Part shown: in pieces, positions 21,268-31,880 of the stretch | Layout: every line of letters begins with the position of its first letter | Position numbering within the stretch: position 1 is the stretch's first letter | Assembly: GCA_965238265.1 (NCBI GenBank) | Contig: OZ250185.1 | Location: 1,949,255 to 2,013,254, forward strand | Direction: 5' to 3' | Length of the DNA: 64,000 bases | Origin: Chloroflexota bacterium | GTDB lineage: Bacteria > Chloroflexota > UBA11872 > UBA12225 > JAJDUF01 | The notes under the pieces: generated by a model | Database searches by the model: none | Told to the model about the DNA's origin: nothing | The model's input: the letters and a program-made list of their open reading frames with translations, nothing else | Translations under genes and position numbers: made by a program

Positions 21268-22260
21268 CTAGGGAGCCGGACGACGGGCGTACTCGGAGTC
21301 GCGCGTCGCCCGAAACCAGGCAATCGTCCCCGCCAGCCCCTCGCGCAGCGGCACCAGCGGCTCCCAGCCCAACACCGTGCGTGCCCTGGTGATGTCCGGA
21401 CAGCGCCGGCCGGGGTCGTCCCGCCGCACCGGATCGGTTTCCTGGACCGGCTGCTGCGTGATTGGGGACCGCGATCCGGCCACCTCGACCACCAGCGCCG
21501 CAAACTTGCCTATTGTCCACTCGTCCGGGTTGCCGAGGTTGAATACCTCGCCGCGCGCTGCGGCCGCGGGCGCCGCGATGACGCGCAGAATGCCGGCGGC
21601 CAAATCGGTGACGTAGCAGAAGCTCCGCGTCTGTTCGCCGGTGCCGATCACGACAAGTGGCTCACCGGCGAGGGCGCTGCAGATGAAACTTGGCACGACG
21701 CGACCATCGTAGTGGCGCGTGCGTGGCCCGTAGGTATTGAAAATCCGCACAATCCGCACATCCAGATCGTAGCGACGGCCATAGGCCATCGTCAGCGCCT
21801 CACCGTACCGCTTGCTCTCGTCATAGCAGCTACGTAGGCCGATGGGGTTCACGTGGCCCCAATAGGTCTCGCGCTGCGGATGCTCTTGGGGATCGCCATA
21901 GACCTCCGAGGTCGAGGCAAAGAGGAACCGACTGCCATGCTGCTGCGCGAACGCGAGCAGGTGCTCGGTGCCGCGCGCGTTGACCGCCATGATCTCCAGG
22001 CTCAGACGCCGGAAATCTAACGGACTGGGCGGGCTGGCCAGATGGAGAATCCAGTCCATGGGGGGCAGGTCAGCGGGCAACGCCTGGCTGACATCGGCAT
22101 TGACGAACGTAAAGCCGGGGCGGTCGGTCAGCGCGGCCACGCTCGCGCGAAAGCCGGTGAGCAGATTGTCCAGACACCAGACCTCGTGCTCGTCGGCAAG
22201 CAGCACCTCACAGACGTGGGAGCCAATCATACCGGCGCCACCGACGACGAGCACACGCAT
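21268..22260 (-). CDS. UDP-glucuronate decarboxylase (UDP-xylose synthase) / NAD-dependent epimerase-dehydratase
   Basis: MRVLVVGGAGMIGSHVCEVLL is followed by the YxxxK catalytic motif (YDESKRYGEAL), and the length is typical of UXS. Confidence 0.85.
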   Translation of the reverse strand: MRVLVVGGAGMIGSHVCEVLLADEHEVWCLDNLLTGFRASVAALTDRPGFTFVNADVSQALPADLPPMDWILHLASPPSPLDFRRLSLEIMAVNARGTEHLLAFAQQHGSRFLFASTSEVYGDPQEHPQRETYWGHVNPIGLRSCYDESKRYGEALTMAYGRRYDLDVRIVRIFNTYGPRTRHYDGRVVPSFICSALAGEPLVVIGTGEQTRSFCYVTDLAAGILRVIAAPAAAARGEVFNLGNPDEWTIGKFAALVVEVAGSRSPITQQPVQETDPVRRDDPGRRCPDITRARTVLGWEPLVPLREGLAGTIAWFRATRDSEYARRPAP

Positions 22261-22262
22261 TG

Positions 22263-25200
22263 CTAGGTACTCTCCGGCGCGTCAGGTGGTGGCACCGTCG
22301 CCTGTGTGGTGGGTGGTGTGTGTTGCATGAGCACGACCAACAAGCCCGCACTAGCCCAGCAGACGTAGGCGAGGTCCGGTAGGAAGTAGGAGTTGTCCAC
22401 TAGCCCGTGTACCACAAAGTTGGTGAGGCTGCCGGCCAGCCCCAGCGCAAGCAGCTGCGAACGGTACGCGACGCCATCCTTCCGCAGCAACAGCCACACG
22501 CTGCGGCCTCCAGCCGCGAGCAGCCAGCCGAGCGCAACGATGCCCATTATACCCCCGCGCAGCCAGTAATCGAGGACCAGGTTGTGGGGGTGCGAGACGA
22601 ATGGCTCCCGCCAGGCGACACCCTCGCGATACGCCGGATAGGCGTAGAGAAACCCGTCCGGCCCTACGCCAAAGAGCGGATGATCCAGCCCCATCCGCAG
22701 CGCAGCCTGCCAGAGCTGGAGACGCAAAGCCATCGTGCCACCAAGCGGGTCCCCAACGCTGCTCAACCGCTCCACGCGCGTCGCCAAGCCAATCCCCAAG
22801 GTGAGGACGATGACGATGGCCACGACCGAGACGATGAGTGTCCAGCGTCCGGCAGCGTCCCTGAGCCGCCGCGCCAAGTGACGCCGCCAGGTGTTGCCCC
22901 TGATCGCGAGCAGGCCGATCAACACCACTCCCACGCCGACCGCGCTGGCCAGCCACGCTCCACGCGAAAACGAAAAGAGGAGTGCCGCACCGATGATGCC
23001 GGTGCTCAGAATCGCTACTCCTAACCGCCAGCTCTGCACTATCTTAGCGCCCATCGGCTTGTGCCGCCCCGGCGTGTCTGCTCGCCCGCTGTCGGTATGG
23101 AGGAGCGCCAGCGCGACAGCGAGGGGAAGCAGCCGTCCCAGGAAGAGCGCGAGGTGGTTGGGGCTGCTAGAGAGACCGGCGAGCCGCACGACGCCTTCCG
23201 CTTCGATGAGGCGCTGGCCGGCTGCTCCGAGGGCCAGCGCTGCCGCTCCGGCAACGATACCGGCGGCTACCAGCGCCCAGGCCAGCCGGGCCGGGTCGCC
23301 GCGCTGCCGGAACAGGGTCACGATGAGTACGAGCAGCAAGGCTGGCTCCAGCACCACGACCCGTAGCTCGCGCAGCGCCACCGCCGGCACCTGCGCGCCA
23401 ACGGTGGCCACGGTCGCCGCGACGATCAGCAGCACGGCCGGCCCCCCAAACGCCCGCGGCCACCGCGGCCAGCGTTCGTGCCACACCGCGCGCGCCACGA
23501 CGGCGGCGGCCGTTGTGATCCAGAGTAGCTCCGTCAAGGTCACGCGCCCCAGCCCAAGCTGCACGGCATGGGCGTGCCAGGGCAGCGACAGGATGAGCAG
23601 ATACACCCCGGTACGCGGGCGCCACAAGACGAGCAAGCCGATAGACCCGGCGCAGGCCAGCCCGGCCTTGCCATCGGGCAGCAGGAGCATGGCCGTCGCG
23701 GTGGCCAGGGCCATTGCCAGCGGCCCTCGGTCCGTGCTCCACCACCGGCGCAACAGGCCAGCGGGCGCGTGAGCCACGAGAGCTGCGAGCGGCCCGGTCA
23801 ACGGGTGTAGGGGCACGGCATGCTGCGCCCCTACGAACGCATCGGTGTCTCCTACCATCCCCGGTTGGCCCAGGAGCGGCGCCAGCAGTGGAGCGAGGCT
23901 GCGCCGCAGCCGGCCACGCACTCGCCAGAGCAGCGCTATGAGCGCCGCGCACCACACGCCGCCCGTGAGGAGATACGGGCCGAGGGGGCGAGCGCGGCCG
24001 ATCAGGATAGCGTCCACGCCGATAGCCGGCCCCAAGGAATCAGCCGCCTGCCGGCCCGTCACTACCAGCTCTAGCTCGTGTAGACGATCCGGTAGGCCCG
24101 TAGCAATCGGAATCCTCTGCTGAGATAGAGTCTCTGGCCGATATTGATCGAGCAGCGCCCGACTGGCCGGGCCGGCCGGGAGCCGATTGGCCAACGTCGG
24201 TACCCCATCAATGGTCACTTCGGCGATGCCACGCCCCGGCCCCAGTGGCCCCAGCAGCACCACGTCCGTGCCGCGGAACGTGAGGCGGAGCGTCGTGCCG
24301 GCGATGGGGCCTTCCCAGTACCGCTGTCCGCTGGCGGCCGGGTCGAAGGTGTATTGGCCGGCGCCCTCGATCAGGATGTCCGCGTGGGACTCCTCGTGCC
24401 AGCCCAGCCCGAGAGCGGCAACGGCGGTCGCCGCTTGCAACGAGTCGTACAGGGGGCGCGGCCGCCAGTCGGTATCGAGCAGCGCAAAGAACCCCGTCGG
24501 GTCGTCGGGATGGACGCCCGGATAGCGGAGTACCCACAGCGCCATGACGCCGACGAAGGGCCACTCGTCCCGCGCTCGCGCCAGCGCGCGAACGGTCGAG
24601 CGTCTCTGCTCGGCCACGGAAAACGACCCCCACGGTGAAGGACGCCCTTGCCAGCCGGGCGGTAGCGCGTTCCAGCCGAACTCCGAGACCCAAATCGGCT
24701 TGGACCCGTCCCCCCACGCTTCCATCAAGCGCCGCGTGAGTACCAGGCGGGGAAAGTTCGTGCGTTCGGGCGCGATACGATGGTCGTCGGCATCGGTCCA
24801 GAGACCGTAGGCCATCACCGAGGCAATATCGAAGTGAGCTTTTGCCCCATGCTCGTACATGCGTTCGAGAAAGGCGAGGTCGTCGAGGCCCCGGTCGCCG
24901 CGTTCGAGTGTGGGCGCAAGGCCGGCCGCCAAGACGCGGATCGTGGGATCGGCTTCCTTTGCCCGCCGATAGGCACTGCGTAGTAGCTCGACATACGCAG
25001 CGGGATCAACCGGGCGGTCACCCCACTCATGGTTCAGATTCGGCTCGTTCCAGATTTGGATGTGGGTGATCCGGCCCCGGTAGCGCGTGACAAAATCGTA
25101 AACGAAGTCGCCGTAGTCGAGGTAGTTCAGCGGCGGGTGGGTCCCGCTACTGTCGGGAGGACGCGCCCATTCGGGGGGACGATCCAGACGAGCGATGATC

Positions 25201-25586
25201 CGTATGCCCTGGCTCCGGGCCGTGTCTACGATGTGGTCGTACTTGTCCCAGGTGGAGCGGCCGGTCGTCTCGTGCGTGTATTGCCCCTTGCGCCGTTCCA
25301 GATCAGTCCAGAGGAATTCCTGGCGTATCCAGCGGACGCCCGCCTCCTGAGCCAGTCGCAATGATCGCGTCACTCCCTTGGGCGTTTCCAGCTCCAGGCG
25401 CGTATTGACGCCCAACTGCGCCACGGCGCGGTCCGCAATCGGCGCAGCCGGCAGGCCATAGCCGACCCCATCCTCGACAATGAGATGATGCAGCAGCAGC
25501 CCACCCGCAGCGCTGGCCAGCGCCAGTAACCAGAGGACGCCGGCGCTGAAGCCGACTACCCGCATACGCCGGCGATATTGACCCAC
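22263..25586 (-). CDS. large fusion protein: signal-anchor, then a clan GH-A (GH5-like) glycoside hydrolase domain, a beta-sandwich region, and a C-terminal polytopic Wzy/O-antigen-ligase-like membrane domain
   Basis: The GH5 signature THIQIWNEPNLNHEWG lies in the N-terminal 400 aa. The C-terminal roughly 500 aa have more than ten TM helices and a Wzy_C-like segment (FSFSRGAWLASAVGVGVVLIG ... HPHNLVLDYWLRGGIMG). Confidence 0.7.
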   Translation of the reverse strand: MGQYRRRMRVVGFSAGVLWLLALASAAGGLLLHHLIVEDGVGYGLPAAPIADRAVAQLGVNTRLELETPKGVTRSLRLAQEAGVRWIRQEFLWTDLERRKGQYTHETTGRSTWDKYDHIVDTARSQGIRIIARLDRPPEWARPPDSSGTHPPLNYLDYGDFVYDFVTRYRGRITHIQIWNEPNLNHEWGDRPVDPAAYVELLRSAYRRAKEADPTIRVLAAGLAPTLERGDRGLDDLAFLERMYEHGAKAHFDIASVMAYGLWTDADDHRIAPERTNFPRLVLTRRLMEAWGDGSKPIWVSEFGWNALPPGWQGRPSPWGSFSVAEQRRSTVRALARARDEWPFVGVMALWVLRYPGVHPDDPTGFFALLDTDWRPRPLYDSLQAATAVAALGLGWHEESHADILIEGAGQYTFDPAASGQRYWEGPIAGTTLRLTFRGTDVVLLGPLGPGRGIAEVTIDGVPTLANRLPAGPASRALLDQYRPETLSQQRIPIATGLPDRLHELELVVTGRQAADSLGPAIGVDAILIGRARPLGPYLLTGGVWCAALIALLWRVRGRLRRSLAPLLAPLLGQPGMVGDTDAFVGAQHAVPLHPLTGPLAALVAHAPAGLLRRWWSTDRGPLAMALATATAMLLLPDGKAGLACAGSIGLLVLWRPRTGVYLLILSLPWHAHAVQLGLGRVTLTELLWITTAAAVVARAVWHERWPRWPRAFGGPAVLLIVAATVATVGAQVPAVALRELRVVVLEPALLLVLIVTLFRQRGDPARLAWALVAAGIVAGAAALALGAAGQRLIEAEGVVRLAGLSSSPNHLALFLGRLLPLAVALALLHTDSGRADTPGRHKPMGAKIVQSWRLGVAILSTGIIGAALLFSFSRGAWLASAVGVGVVLIGLLAIRGNTWRRHLARRLRDAAGRWTLIVSVVAIVIVLTLGIGLATRVERLSSVGDPLGGTMALRLQLWQAALRMGLDHPLFGVGPDGFLYAYPAYREGVAWREPFVSHPHNLVLDYWLRGGIMGIVALGWLLAAGGRSVWLLLRKDGVAYRSQLLALGLAGSLTNFVVHGLVDNSYFLPDLAYVCWASAGLLVVLMQHTPPTTQATVPPPDAPEST

Positions 25587-25592
25587 CAGGTC

Positions 25593-26741
25593 TCACCAGC
25601 CGCGGCGGGCAGTGGCCGCCCGCTTGACCGCGAAGTACACCTGGCGCGGTGCGAAGTCCGGCTCGACCATGCGGAAGTAGTACTCGGACTGTGCCGGAGT
25701 AATGTCTCCAACCTGCCGGAAATACCAGATCATGATGGCGCCCACCCAGGGCCACTCGCGCCGCGCGTGGAGCACCCCCTCGACCGTCCATTCCGCCTGC
25801 TGCTGCTCGGTAACTCGGCGCCAGATCAGTTGCTCCGGCGGCATGGTCGTTGGTGAAGCGTTCCAGCCATATTCATTGAACCACACCGCCTTCTCGCTAT
25901 CACCGTGGCGCACCATCACGTCACGCAGCAGGCGCACGCGCTGGAAGTTGAGCGTGTCGGCGCGCGGTGGCTCCGTCGGCGGCCGATCCATCCCGTAGGC
26001 GTTGGCCAGCATGATGTCGAAATAGGGTTGCGCGCCGGATGCGTAGAGCTGGTCCAGGTATTCCAGCTCGTTCAGATTGAACGGGCCGCGCTCGAGGTTG
26101 ATAGCGAGCGGAGCGCAGAGCACCACGGCGTTGGGGTTGGCGGCCTTGGCCCGCGTATAGGCGATACGCAGCAGGTCGGCGTAGGCGTCCGGGTCTACTC
26201 GCCCGGTCCACTCTGCGCCGAGGTTTGGCTCGTTCCAGATCTGAAAGTGCTCCACCCGGCCGCGGTAGCGGTTGACCGTAGTCGCTACGAAGTCGCCGAA
26301 ATCATCGAAGTCGTCGGGCGGATGACTGTGGCGCTCTTGATCCGAGCGTGCCCACGCCGGCGGCCGATCCAGCCGCGCAATCACCTTCAGGCCGTGCTGC
26401 TCGGCGAGGGCGACAAGCTCATCGAACTTTGCCCAGGTGACCTGGCTATACTTCGTGTCCCAATACTGACCTTTGCGGGGCTGCTCGATCTCTTCCCACG
26501 GAAACTGCTGCTTGATCCAACCGATGCCGGCGTCCCGGATCATCCGTAGGGAGAGGTCCTTCTTCCAGTCTTCGACCTCCTTGTGGAGGAAGGTGTTGAC
26601 ACCCCAGGGGTTGCCGCCGGTATAGGGAATGGCGCGCTCTACCGGCGGCTCCTCGGTGATCGTACACGCGCTGGCGAGCGTCGCGGCCGTACACAGGCCA
26701 GCGACCTGTCCGAAGCGGCGGCGGGACACTCCGACACTCAT
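25593..26741 (-). CDS. secreted or lipoprotein clan GH-A (GH5-like) glycoside hydrolase, a paralogue of the N-terminal domain of the upstream fusion gene
   Basis: A signal peptide with a lipobox-like sequence (LCTAATLASACTI) is present, the GH5 signature is VEHFQIWNEPNLGAEW, and the domain order matches 22263..25586. Confidence 0.75.
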   Translation of the reverse strand: MSVGVSRRRFGQVAGLCTAATLASACTITEEPPVERAIPYTGGNPWGVNTFLHKEVEDWKKDLSLRMIRDAGIGWIKQQFPWEEIEQPRKGQYWDTKYSQVTWAKFDELVALAEQHGLKVIARLDRPPAWARSDQERHSHPPDDFDDFGDFVATTVNRYRGRVEHFQIWNEPNLGAEWTGRVDPDAYADLLRIAYTRAKAANPNAVVLCAPLAINLERGPFNLNELEYLDQLYASGAQPYFDIMLANAYGMDRPPTEPPRADTLNFQRVRLLRDVMVRHGDSEKAVWFNEYGWNASPTTMPPEQLIWRRVTEQQQAEWTVEGVLHARREWPWVGAIMIWYFRQVGDITPAQSEYYFRMVEPDFAPRQVYFAVKRAATARRGW

Positions 26742-26750
26742 GCTGCCTGC

Positions 26751-29330
26751 TCAGGATGCCAACGGTGGGCCGTTGACGATTGCGCCCTCCGCGGGGAACG
26801 CGGGGAACGCGACATTGAGCACTTCCTCCATATGCTCCACGAAGACAATCTCCAGCGCCTCCTGCACGTCCTCAGGCACGTCGAACAGATCCTTGCGATT
26901 GCGCGCTGGCAAGACAATGGTGCGGATGCCGCCGCGATGAGCGGCCAACACTTTCTCTTTGAGGCCACCGATGGGCAAGACGCGACCGCGCAGCGTGATC
27001 TCCCCGGTCATCGCGACATCGGCCCGCACCTCCCGTCCCGTGAGGGCTGAGATCAACGCCGTGGCCATCGTGATCCCGGCCGATGGGCCATCCTTCGGGA
27101 TTCCCCCGGCCGGCAGGTGCATATGAATGTCTCGGTGCTCGGCGAAATCCTTGTCCAGCTGTAGCCAGCGCCGCCGCGAGCGCGCAAAGCTCAACGCTGC
27201 CTGCGCCGATTCGCGCATCACGTCGCCGAGTTGACCGGTCAGGATGAGCTTGCCCTTGCCATCGAGCAGGCTCACCTCCACCGGCGCGAGATCGCCACCC
27301 GCCGGGGTCCAATACACGCTTGTAGCAACGCCGACCTGCGCGCCTTTGTCGGCAAGCTCCTGCCGAAAGCGGGCCGGGCCGAGGTACGTCGCCAATTCCT
27401 GCGTGCGGACGCGGAGCGGCGCCCCGTTGGTGCTCGGTGTCCGTGCAGCCTGCTTTGCCGACGAGTCCGACGGGCTTGCACCACCTGGGCGCTCGTCGGC
27501 AACCTCGGTTGAGCCGTTCGTAGCTTCTTCTCGCTCGGCGACGTTACGCGCAATCTTGCGGCAGATCGTGGCCAATTCCCGTTCCAGGTTCCGCACCCCG
27601 GCTTCCCGTGTATATTCGCGGATCAGGCGGCGGATGACCGGCACGCCAATCCGCACCTGGTCGCGCCGGAGGCCGTGCTCCTCCAGCTGGCGCGGCACGA
27701 GAAAGCGCTTGGCGATTTGGACCTTCTCGGCCTCGATGTAGCCGGGCAGCTCGATGACCTCCATCCGGTCCTGCAATGCCGGGGGCACCGGGTCCAGAAT
27801 GTTGGCCGTGGTAATGAACATCACCTGGGACAGATCGTAGGGCACCTCCAGATAGTGATCCGAGAATGTGTGGTTCTGCTCGGGGTCGAGCACTTCGAGC
27901 AGGGCCGAGCTGGGATCGCCCCGGAAGTCCATGCCGAGCTTGTCCACTTCGTCCATCATGAAGACCGGGTTCATGGTGCCGGCCTGGCGCATCGCCTGGA
28001 TGATCCGTCCCGGCAGCGCGCCGATGTAGGTACGGCGATGCCCGCGTATCTCCGCTTCGTCGCGGATACCGCCCAGCGAAAGCCGGACGAAGGTGCGTCC
28101 CAATGCGCGCGCGATTGACTGGCCGAGACTCGTCTTGCCCACACCCGGCGCTCCCACAAAACAGATAATCGGGCTACGAGTGTCGGGAGACAGTTTGCGG
28201 ATCGCCAGATACTCCAGAATACGCTCCTTGACCCGTTTGAGACCGTAGTGCTCGGCGTTGAGGAGCCGTGCGGCGCGACGGATGTCGAGCTGATCCGTCG
28301 TGCGTTTCTGCCAGGGCACGGCCAGGAGCCAGTCCAGGTAGGTGCGGATGATGCCCGTTTCCGGGGATGCCGGTGGCATCATCTGGAGCCGCCCCAGCTC
28401 TTTTTTGGCTCGCTCGGCGACGGCCTGGGGCATCCCGGCGGCGGCGAGGCGCTCGCGCAGTTCCTCGTTTTCTCGTGCTTGGGCGTCCGTTTCGCCCAGC
28501 TCCTCCTGGATCGCCTTCAGCTGCTCACGGAGAAAGAACTCGCGCTGGCCTTCGTCAACGTCCTGGCTGCGCTCCGATTGAAAGCGAGTCTCCAGCTGTA
28601 GGAGGTCCCGTTCCTTCTCCAGCAGGCGGTGGATGGCTATAAGTCGCGCCTGTGGGTCGAAAGTCTCTAGCAGCGCTTGGCTCCGGTCGAGCGGCAAGTC
28701 GAGGGCGGCCGCGATGATATCGGCGAGCCAGCCGGGACTGTCCGTGTTCATCGCCATCACGTAGGCGTCATCGCTCAACTTGTCGCTGAGTTTGACGCAC
28801 TCCTCAAAGAGCTTGAGTACCACCTGTTGCTCGGCTGGGTCAGCCTCCGCCGTCGCTTCGTTCTGCGGCGCTTCATCTTCCTCAATGGGTTCCACCTCGG
28901 CCTCGATGAGCGGGCTGAGGCGGCGGAAGCGACGGACTCTGACGCGCCGCTCTCCCTGGACCAGGATGCTAGTACGGCCCTCCGGCAGCTTAAGCTCGCG
29001 TCCGATGATGGCCTCTGTGCCGACCTCGTACAGGCCTTGGTGTCCCGGCTCGTCTTCAGCGCCATCACGCTGAGTGAGCACCAAGATGCTGCGGTCACCG
29101 GCGAGGGCACGCTCGATAGCCCGTAGGGACCGCTGCCGGCCCACTACCAGGGGCGACACCACGCGCGGGAACAGGACTTGGTCCCGCAGCGGCAAGACCG
29201 GCAGGATGACCGTCTTGACCGGCTCCGCTTCGTCGGCCGGTGGACCGGCTGTCGGCGGCGCGTCCGGATCGGGCGCCGCTTGCTGCTGGTGCTCGGTGTC
29301 ACTGGGCTTGCTCGATGCGTTCATTACCAT
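26751..29330 (-). CDS. lon: ATP-dependent Lon protease
   Basis: The N-terminal domain ([14 protein letters not shown]), Walker A ([15 protein letters not shown]) and the protease Ser-Lys dyad region ([19 protein letters not shown] ... [11 protein letters not shown]) are all present. Start was taken at MVMNAS; the track ORF has a 74-codon upstream extension. Confidence 0.9.
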   Translation of the reverse strand: MVMNASSKPSDTEHQQQAAPDPDAPPTAGPPADEAEPVKTVILPVLPLRDQVLFPRVVSPLVVGRQRSLRAIERALAGDRSILVLTQRDGAEDEPGHQGLYEVGTEAIIGRELKLPEGRTSILVQGERRVRVRRFRRLSPLIEAEVEPIEEDEAPQNEATAEADPAEQQVVLKLFEECVKLSDKLSDDAYVMAMNTDSPGWLADIIAAALDLPLDRSQALLETFDPQARLIAIHRLLEKERDLLQLETRFQSERSQDVDEGQREFFLREQLKAIQEELGETDAQARENEELRERLAAAGMPQAVAERAKKELGRLQMMPPASPETGIIRTYLDWLLAVPWQKRTTDQLDIRRAARLLNAEHYGLKRVKERILEYLAIRKLSPDTRSPIICFVGAPGVGKTSLGQSIARALGRTFVRLSLGGIRDEAEIRGHRRTYIGALPGRIIQAMRQAGTMNPVFMMDEVDKLGMDFRGDPSSALLEVLDPEQNHTFSDHYLEVPYDLSQVMFITTANILDPVPPALQDRMEVIELPGYIEAEKVQIAKRFLVPRQLEEHGLRRDQVRIGVPVIRRLIREYTREAGVRNLERELATICRKIARNVAEREEATNGSTEVADERPGGASPSDSSAKQAARTPSTNGAPLRVRTQELATYLGPARFRQELADKGAQVGVATSVYWTPAGGDLAPVEVSLLDGKGKLILTGQLGDVMRESAQAALSFARSRRRWLQLDKDFAEHRDIHMHLPAGGIPKDGPSAGITMATALISALTGREVRADVAMTGEITLRGRVLPIGGLKEKVLAAHRGGIRTIVLPARNRKDLFDVPEDVQEALEIVFVEHMEEVLNVAFPAFPAEGAIVNGPPLAS

Positions 29331-29346
29331 TCCAGTACCTGTGTAT

Positions 29347-30054
29347 CTAGGCGTATTGTGCCGTGCTAGGGCGAGCGGCGCACCGCTGCTCAACCCGCTG
29401 CAGCAGCCGTCGCGGCTCATGCTGAAGGATCTCGGGGAGCGCAGACTCCGGGAGACCGGCTCCCAGGACGACGTTCCGCGCCATAGTGGGGGTGAGATAG
29501 TCGCCGGGCCGGTGCCCATCGCTATCAACGATGAGCTTCGCGCCAAGCTCACGCGCCAGCCGCGCCACGTGCCCGTTCGTCATGCCGTGGCCGGGTTTGG
29601 CGGAAAGCTCCAGGTAGACGCCGTGCTCACGCGCGAGCTGCACGTCCTCAGCGGCAATCAGCCCGGGGTGCCCCAGGATATCCACGTCCGGGCAGACCAC
29701 TGCGGCGCGATTGGTGCCCGCCACCACCGGCTCCGTGATGGATTCCCCATGCACCACCACCACAGCCGCGCCCGCCCGCCGTGCCCGCGCTGCCGCCGGG
29801 GCGATGGCCTCCGGCGGCAGGTGGGTCAGCTCAACACCTGGCAGGCAGCGAATGTCCCAATACCGCTCTGCCTCGGCGCAGTCTGCGGCCAGCGAGGCGA
29901 GCAGTTGCTCGATACCGCCACTGCCGACGTGGTCGGTGATAGCAATGGCCCCATAGCCCTGCACGTGGACGCGGCGGATCAGCTCAATGGGCGAAAGGGC
30001 GCCGTCGCTGAGGAAGCTGTGCGTATGAAAGTCGTAGATCGGCTCATCCGTCAT
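29347..30054 (-). CDS. PHP-domain metal-dependent phosphoesterase
   Basis: [21 protein letters not shown] is followed by AIAITDHV. Confidence 0.75.
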   Translation of the reverse strand: MTDEPIYDFHTHSFLSDGALSPIELIRRVHVQGYGAIAITDHVGSGGIEQLLASLAADCAEAERYWDIRCLPGVELTHLPPEAIAPAAARARRAGAAVVVVHGESITEPVVAGTNRAAVVCPDVDILGHPGLIAAEDVQLAREHGVYLELSAKPGHGMTNGHVARLARELGAKLIVDSDGHRPGDYLTPTMARNVVLGAGLPESALPEILQHEPRRLLQRVEQRCAARPSTAQYA

Positions 30055-30196
30055 TGGCGCACCTCATATAGATTCTATAGCACGGCCTGCCGTCCGGTGT
30101 CCGCCTCACCCCCGGGGCCCTCTCCATCGCCAAGCGATAGAGAGGGGGAGTCTGCCGGAGACGGGCAGGGGTGGAAGGGTAGCCCGCGCGCCGCCC

Positions 30197-30221
30197 GTCA
30201 TTCCCGCGAAAGCGGGAATCC
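30197..30221. repeat. dRS3-like palindromic repeat (cgtcattcccgcgaaagcgggaatcc)
   Basis: A perfect 10-bp inverted repeat was seen directly. Confidence 0.85.
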
Positions 30222-30304
30222 AGGCCGACCGGGGTGCCATGCAGCGCACCATCTCCGTGCTCTCTGTGTGCTCTATGGCGAAAAAACCTTCCAGGGCCGC
30301 TGAC

Positions 30305-31639
30305 CTAGGCGTGTCGGAGCTGTGGCCGGGCGGCCAGGAGGGCGAGTGTGCAGATGATAGTGAGACTGCCGCCAAGGGCCACCGCGACCGGCGCGCCCCA
30401 GGCAGCAGCGATGATCCCAGCCGGGACCGTCCCCAGCGGCATCAAGCCCATCAGGAGCAGGTAGATGCCGCTCACGCGGCCCCGCAGATTGTCCGGTGCA
30501 AGCTCCTGGACGACGGTGCCGTTGAGGGTGGTGAACGCTGATCCGGCGGCCCCGACAACAGCGAGCGCCAGCAATGCCACCGGGAGCCAAGGCGCCACAC
30601 TGAACACGATCAAGAAGACCCCATTCGCCACCGCGACCAGCACGGTGGCGAACTGCTTGCGCCGAATACCACCGCGACGTGAGGCGAGGAGCATAGACCC
30701 GGTCAAGGCGCCTATCCCCATGCTGGCGTACAGCAGTCCCAGCCCCCCCGGCCCAATGGAGTAGACATCTCGCGCAAAGGCGGGCAGCAGGGTCATGTAG
30801 GGCATCGCCAGCACAATCGGCGCAACAGCCAGCAGGAGCTGGAATAGCAGCGGCTTGGTACGGAAGCAAAACTCCAGCCCTTCCCGCAAGTTGGCGAAGA
30901 CGCCGGCGCTGGCCCGGCCAATGCGCTTGGGGCCGGGTATCCGCATCTGCAAGACATTGCCGATGGCCCAGAGGTAGGACAGGCTTTGGAAAGCAACACA
31001 CCAGCCCACACCGGCTACGCCCATGATCACACCAGCCACACTCGGCCCGAGGACGCGACTCAAGCTCTGCGTGGTCGAGAACAGGGCCAGCGCGTTGGTC
31101 AGCTTTTCCCGCCCCACGATCTGAGGAACGAGCGCCTGCCGGGCCGGGAGCTGGATCGCAATAGCGATTCCGTGGAACGTGCTCGCAATCAGGATATGCG
31201 TGACGGTAATGCGGTCACTGAAGATCAGGAAGGTAATCAGGGTGGTGATGACAAAGAGGCCTATCTGCGAGGTGAGGATGATGAGCCGCCGGTTGACTCG
31301 GTCGGCCAGCACGCCGGCAACGGGCGCCAGCACGAGCATGGGCGCTGCCCGACAGAACCCGGCCACTCCGAGGAAGAAGGGCGAGCCGGTGAGGTCGAGG
31401 ATCAGCCAGCCAATGGCCACGTGCTGCATCCAATAGCCCATCGAGGTGATACTGTTGCCCTGCCACAGGAGCCGGTAGTCACGCACGCGCAGCGCGTCAA
31501 AGGTCGGGCCGGCCCAACTCGCCAGGTTACGCCGGAGCCGCCGGAAGCCGAGCGCGCCCTCCTCGGCAGACGACTGGGACCAAGGGGGCAGCGTTGCCGG
31601 TTCTTCGACGGCGGCCGCCGGCGGTGGATCAGTCTTCAT
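30305..31639 (-). CDS. MFS transporter
   Basis: It has twelve predicted TM segments and an overall MFS-like organisation. Confidence 0.7.
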   Translation of the reverse strand: MKTDPPPAAAVEEPATLPPWSQSSAEEGALGFRRLRRNLASWAGPTFDALRVRDYRLLWQGNSITSMGYWMQHVAIGWLILDLTGSPFFLGVAGFCRAAPMLVLAPVAGVLADRVNRRLIILTSQIGLFVITTLITFLIFSDRITVTHILIASTFHGIAIAIQLPARQALVPQIVGREKLTNALALFSTTQSLSRVLGPSVAGVIMGVAGVGWCVAFQSLSYLWAIGNVLQMRIPGPKRIGRASAGVFANLREGLEFCFRTKPLLFQLLLAVAPIVLAMPYMTLLPAFARDVYSIGPGGLGLLYASMGIGALTGSMLLASRRGGIRRKQFATVLVAVANGVFLIVFSVAPWLPVALLALAVVGAAGSAFTTLNGTVVQELAPDNLRGRVSGIYLLLMGLMPLGTVPAGIIAAAWGAPVAVALGGSLTIICTLALLAARPQLRHA

Positions 31640-31800
31640 AAGTCACGCCTAGGCGGCGAGGGTCACACGCGCAGTCTGTGCAGTCACAGGCCCCCAGACC
31701 GGAGGCAAACGGGAGCGCAGGTAGGCCGCGCTCCGTAGATTATAGTGGTCAAACCTCACCCCCGGCCCTGACAGGGGTAGGTATGGGCCAAGTCGTAGGG

Positions 31801-31868
31801 GCGCAGCATGCTGCGCCCGTCCCCCTGCGGAGCGGGGGGGCATGGATTCCCGCTTTCGCGGGAATGAC
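31801..31868. repeat. mosaic repeat: the palindrome gcgcagcatgctgcgc, a G-rich module (cgtccccctgcggagcggggggg) and a reverse-orientation dRS3-like hairpin (ggattcccgctttcgcgggaatgac)
   Basis: Seen directly. Confidence 0.8.
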
Positions 31869-31880
31869 CGGGAAATTAAC

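Noticed and set aside
29074-30303. Long antisense/overlapping ORFs throughout the window, for example 29074..30303 (+), 20438..21520 (-), 23167..23955 (-), 22891..23772 (+), 43067..43939 (-), 54605..55336 (+), 37402..38196 (+) and 10210..10758 (-)
   Set aside because: They lie opposite or out of frame to genes with clear family motifs. They are rich in Arg/Pro/Gly/Ala, as expected for spurious ORFs in roughly 68% GC DNA, and carry no recognisable domains.
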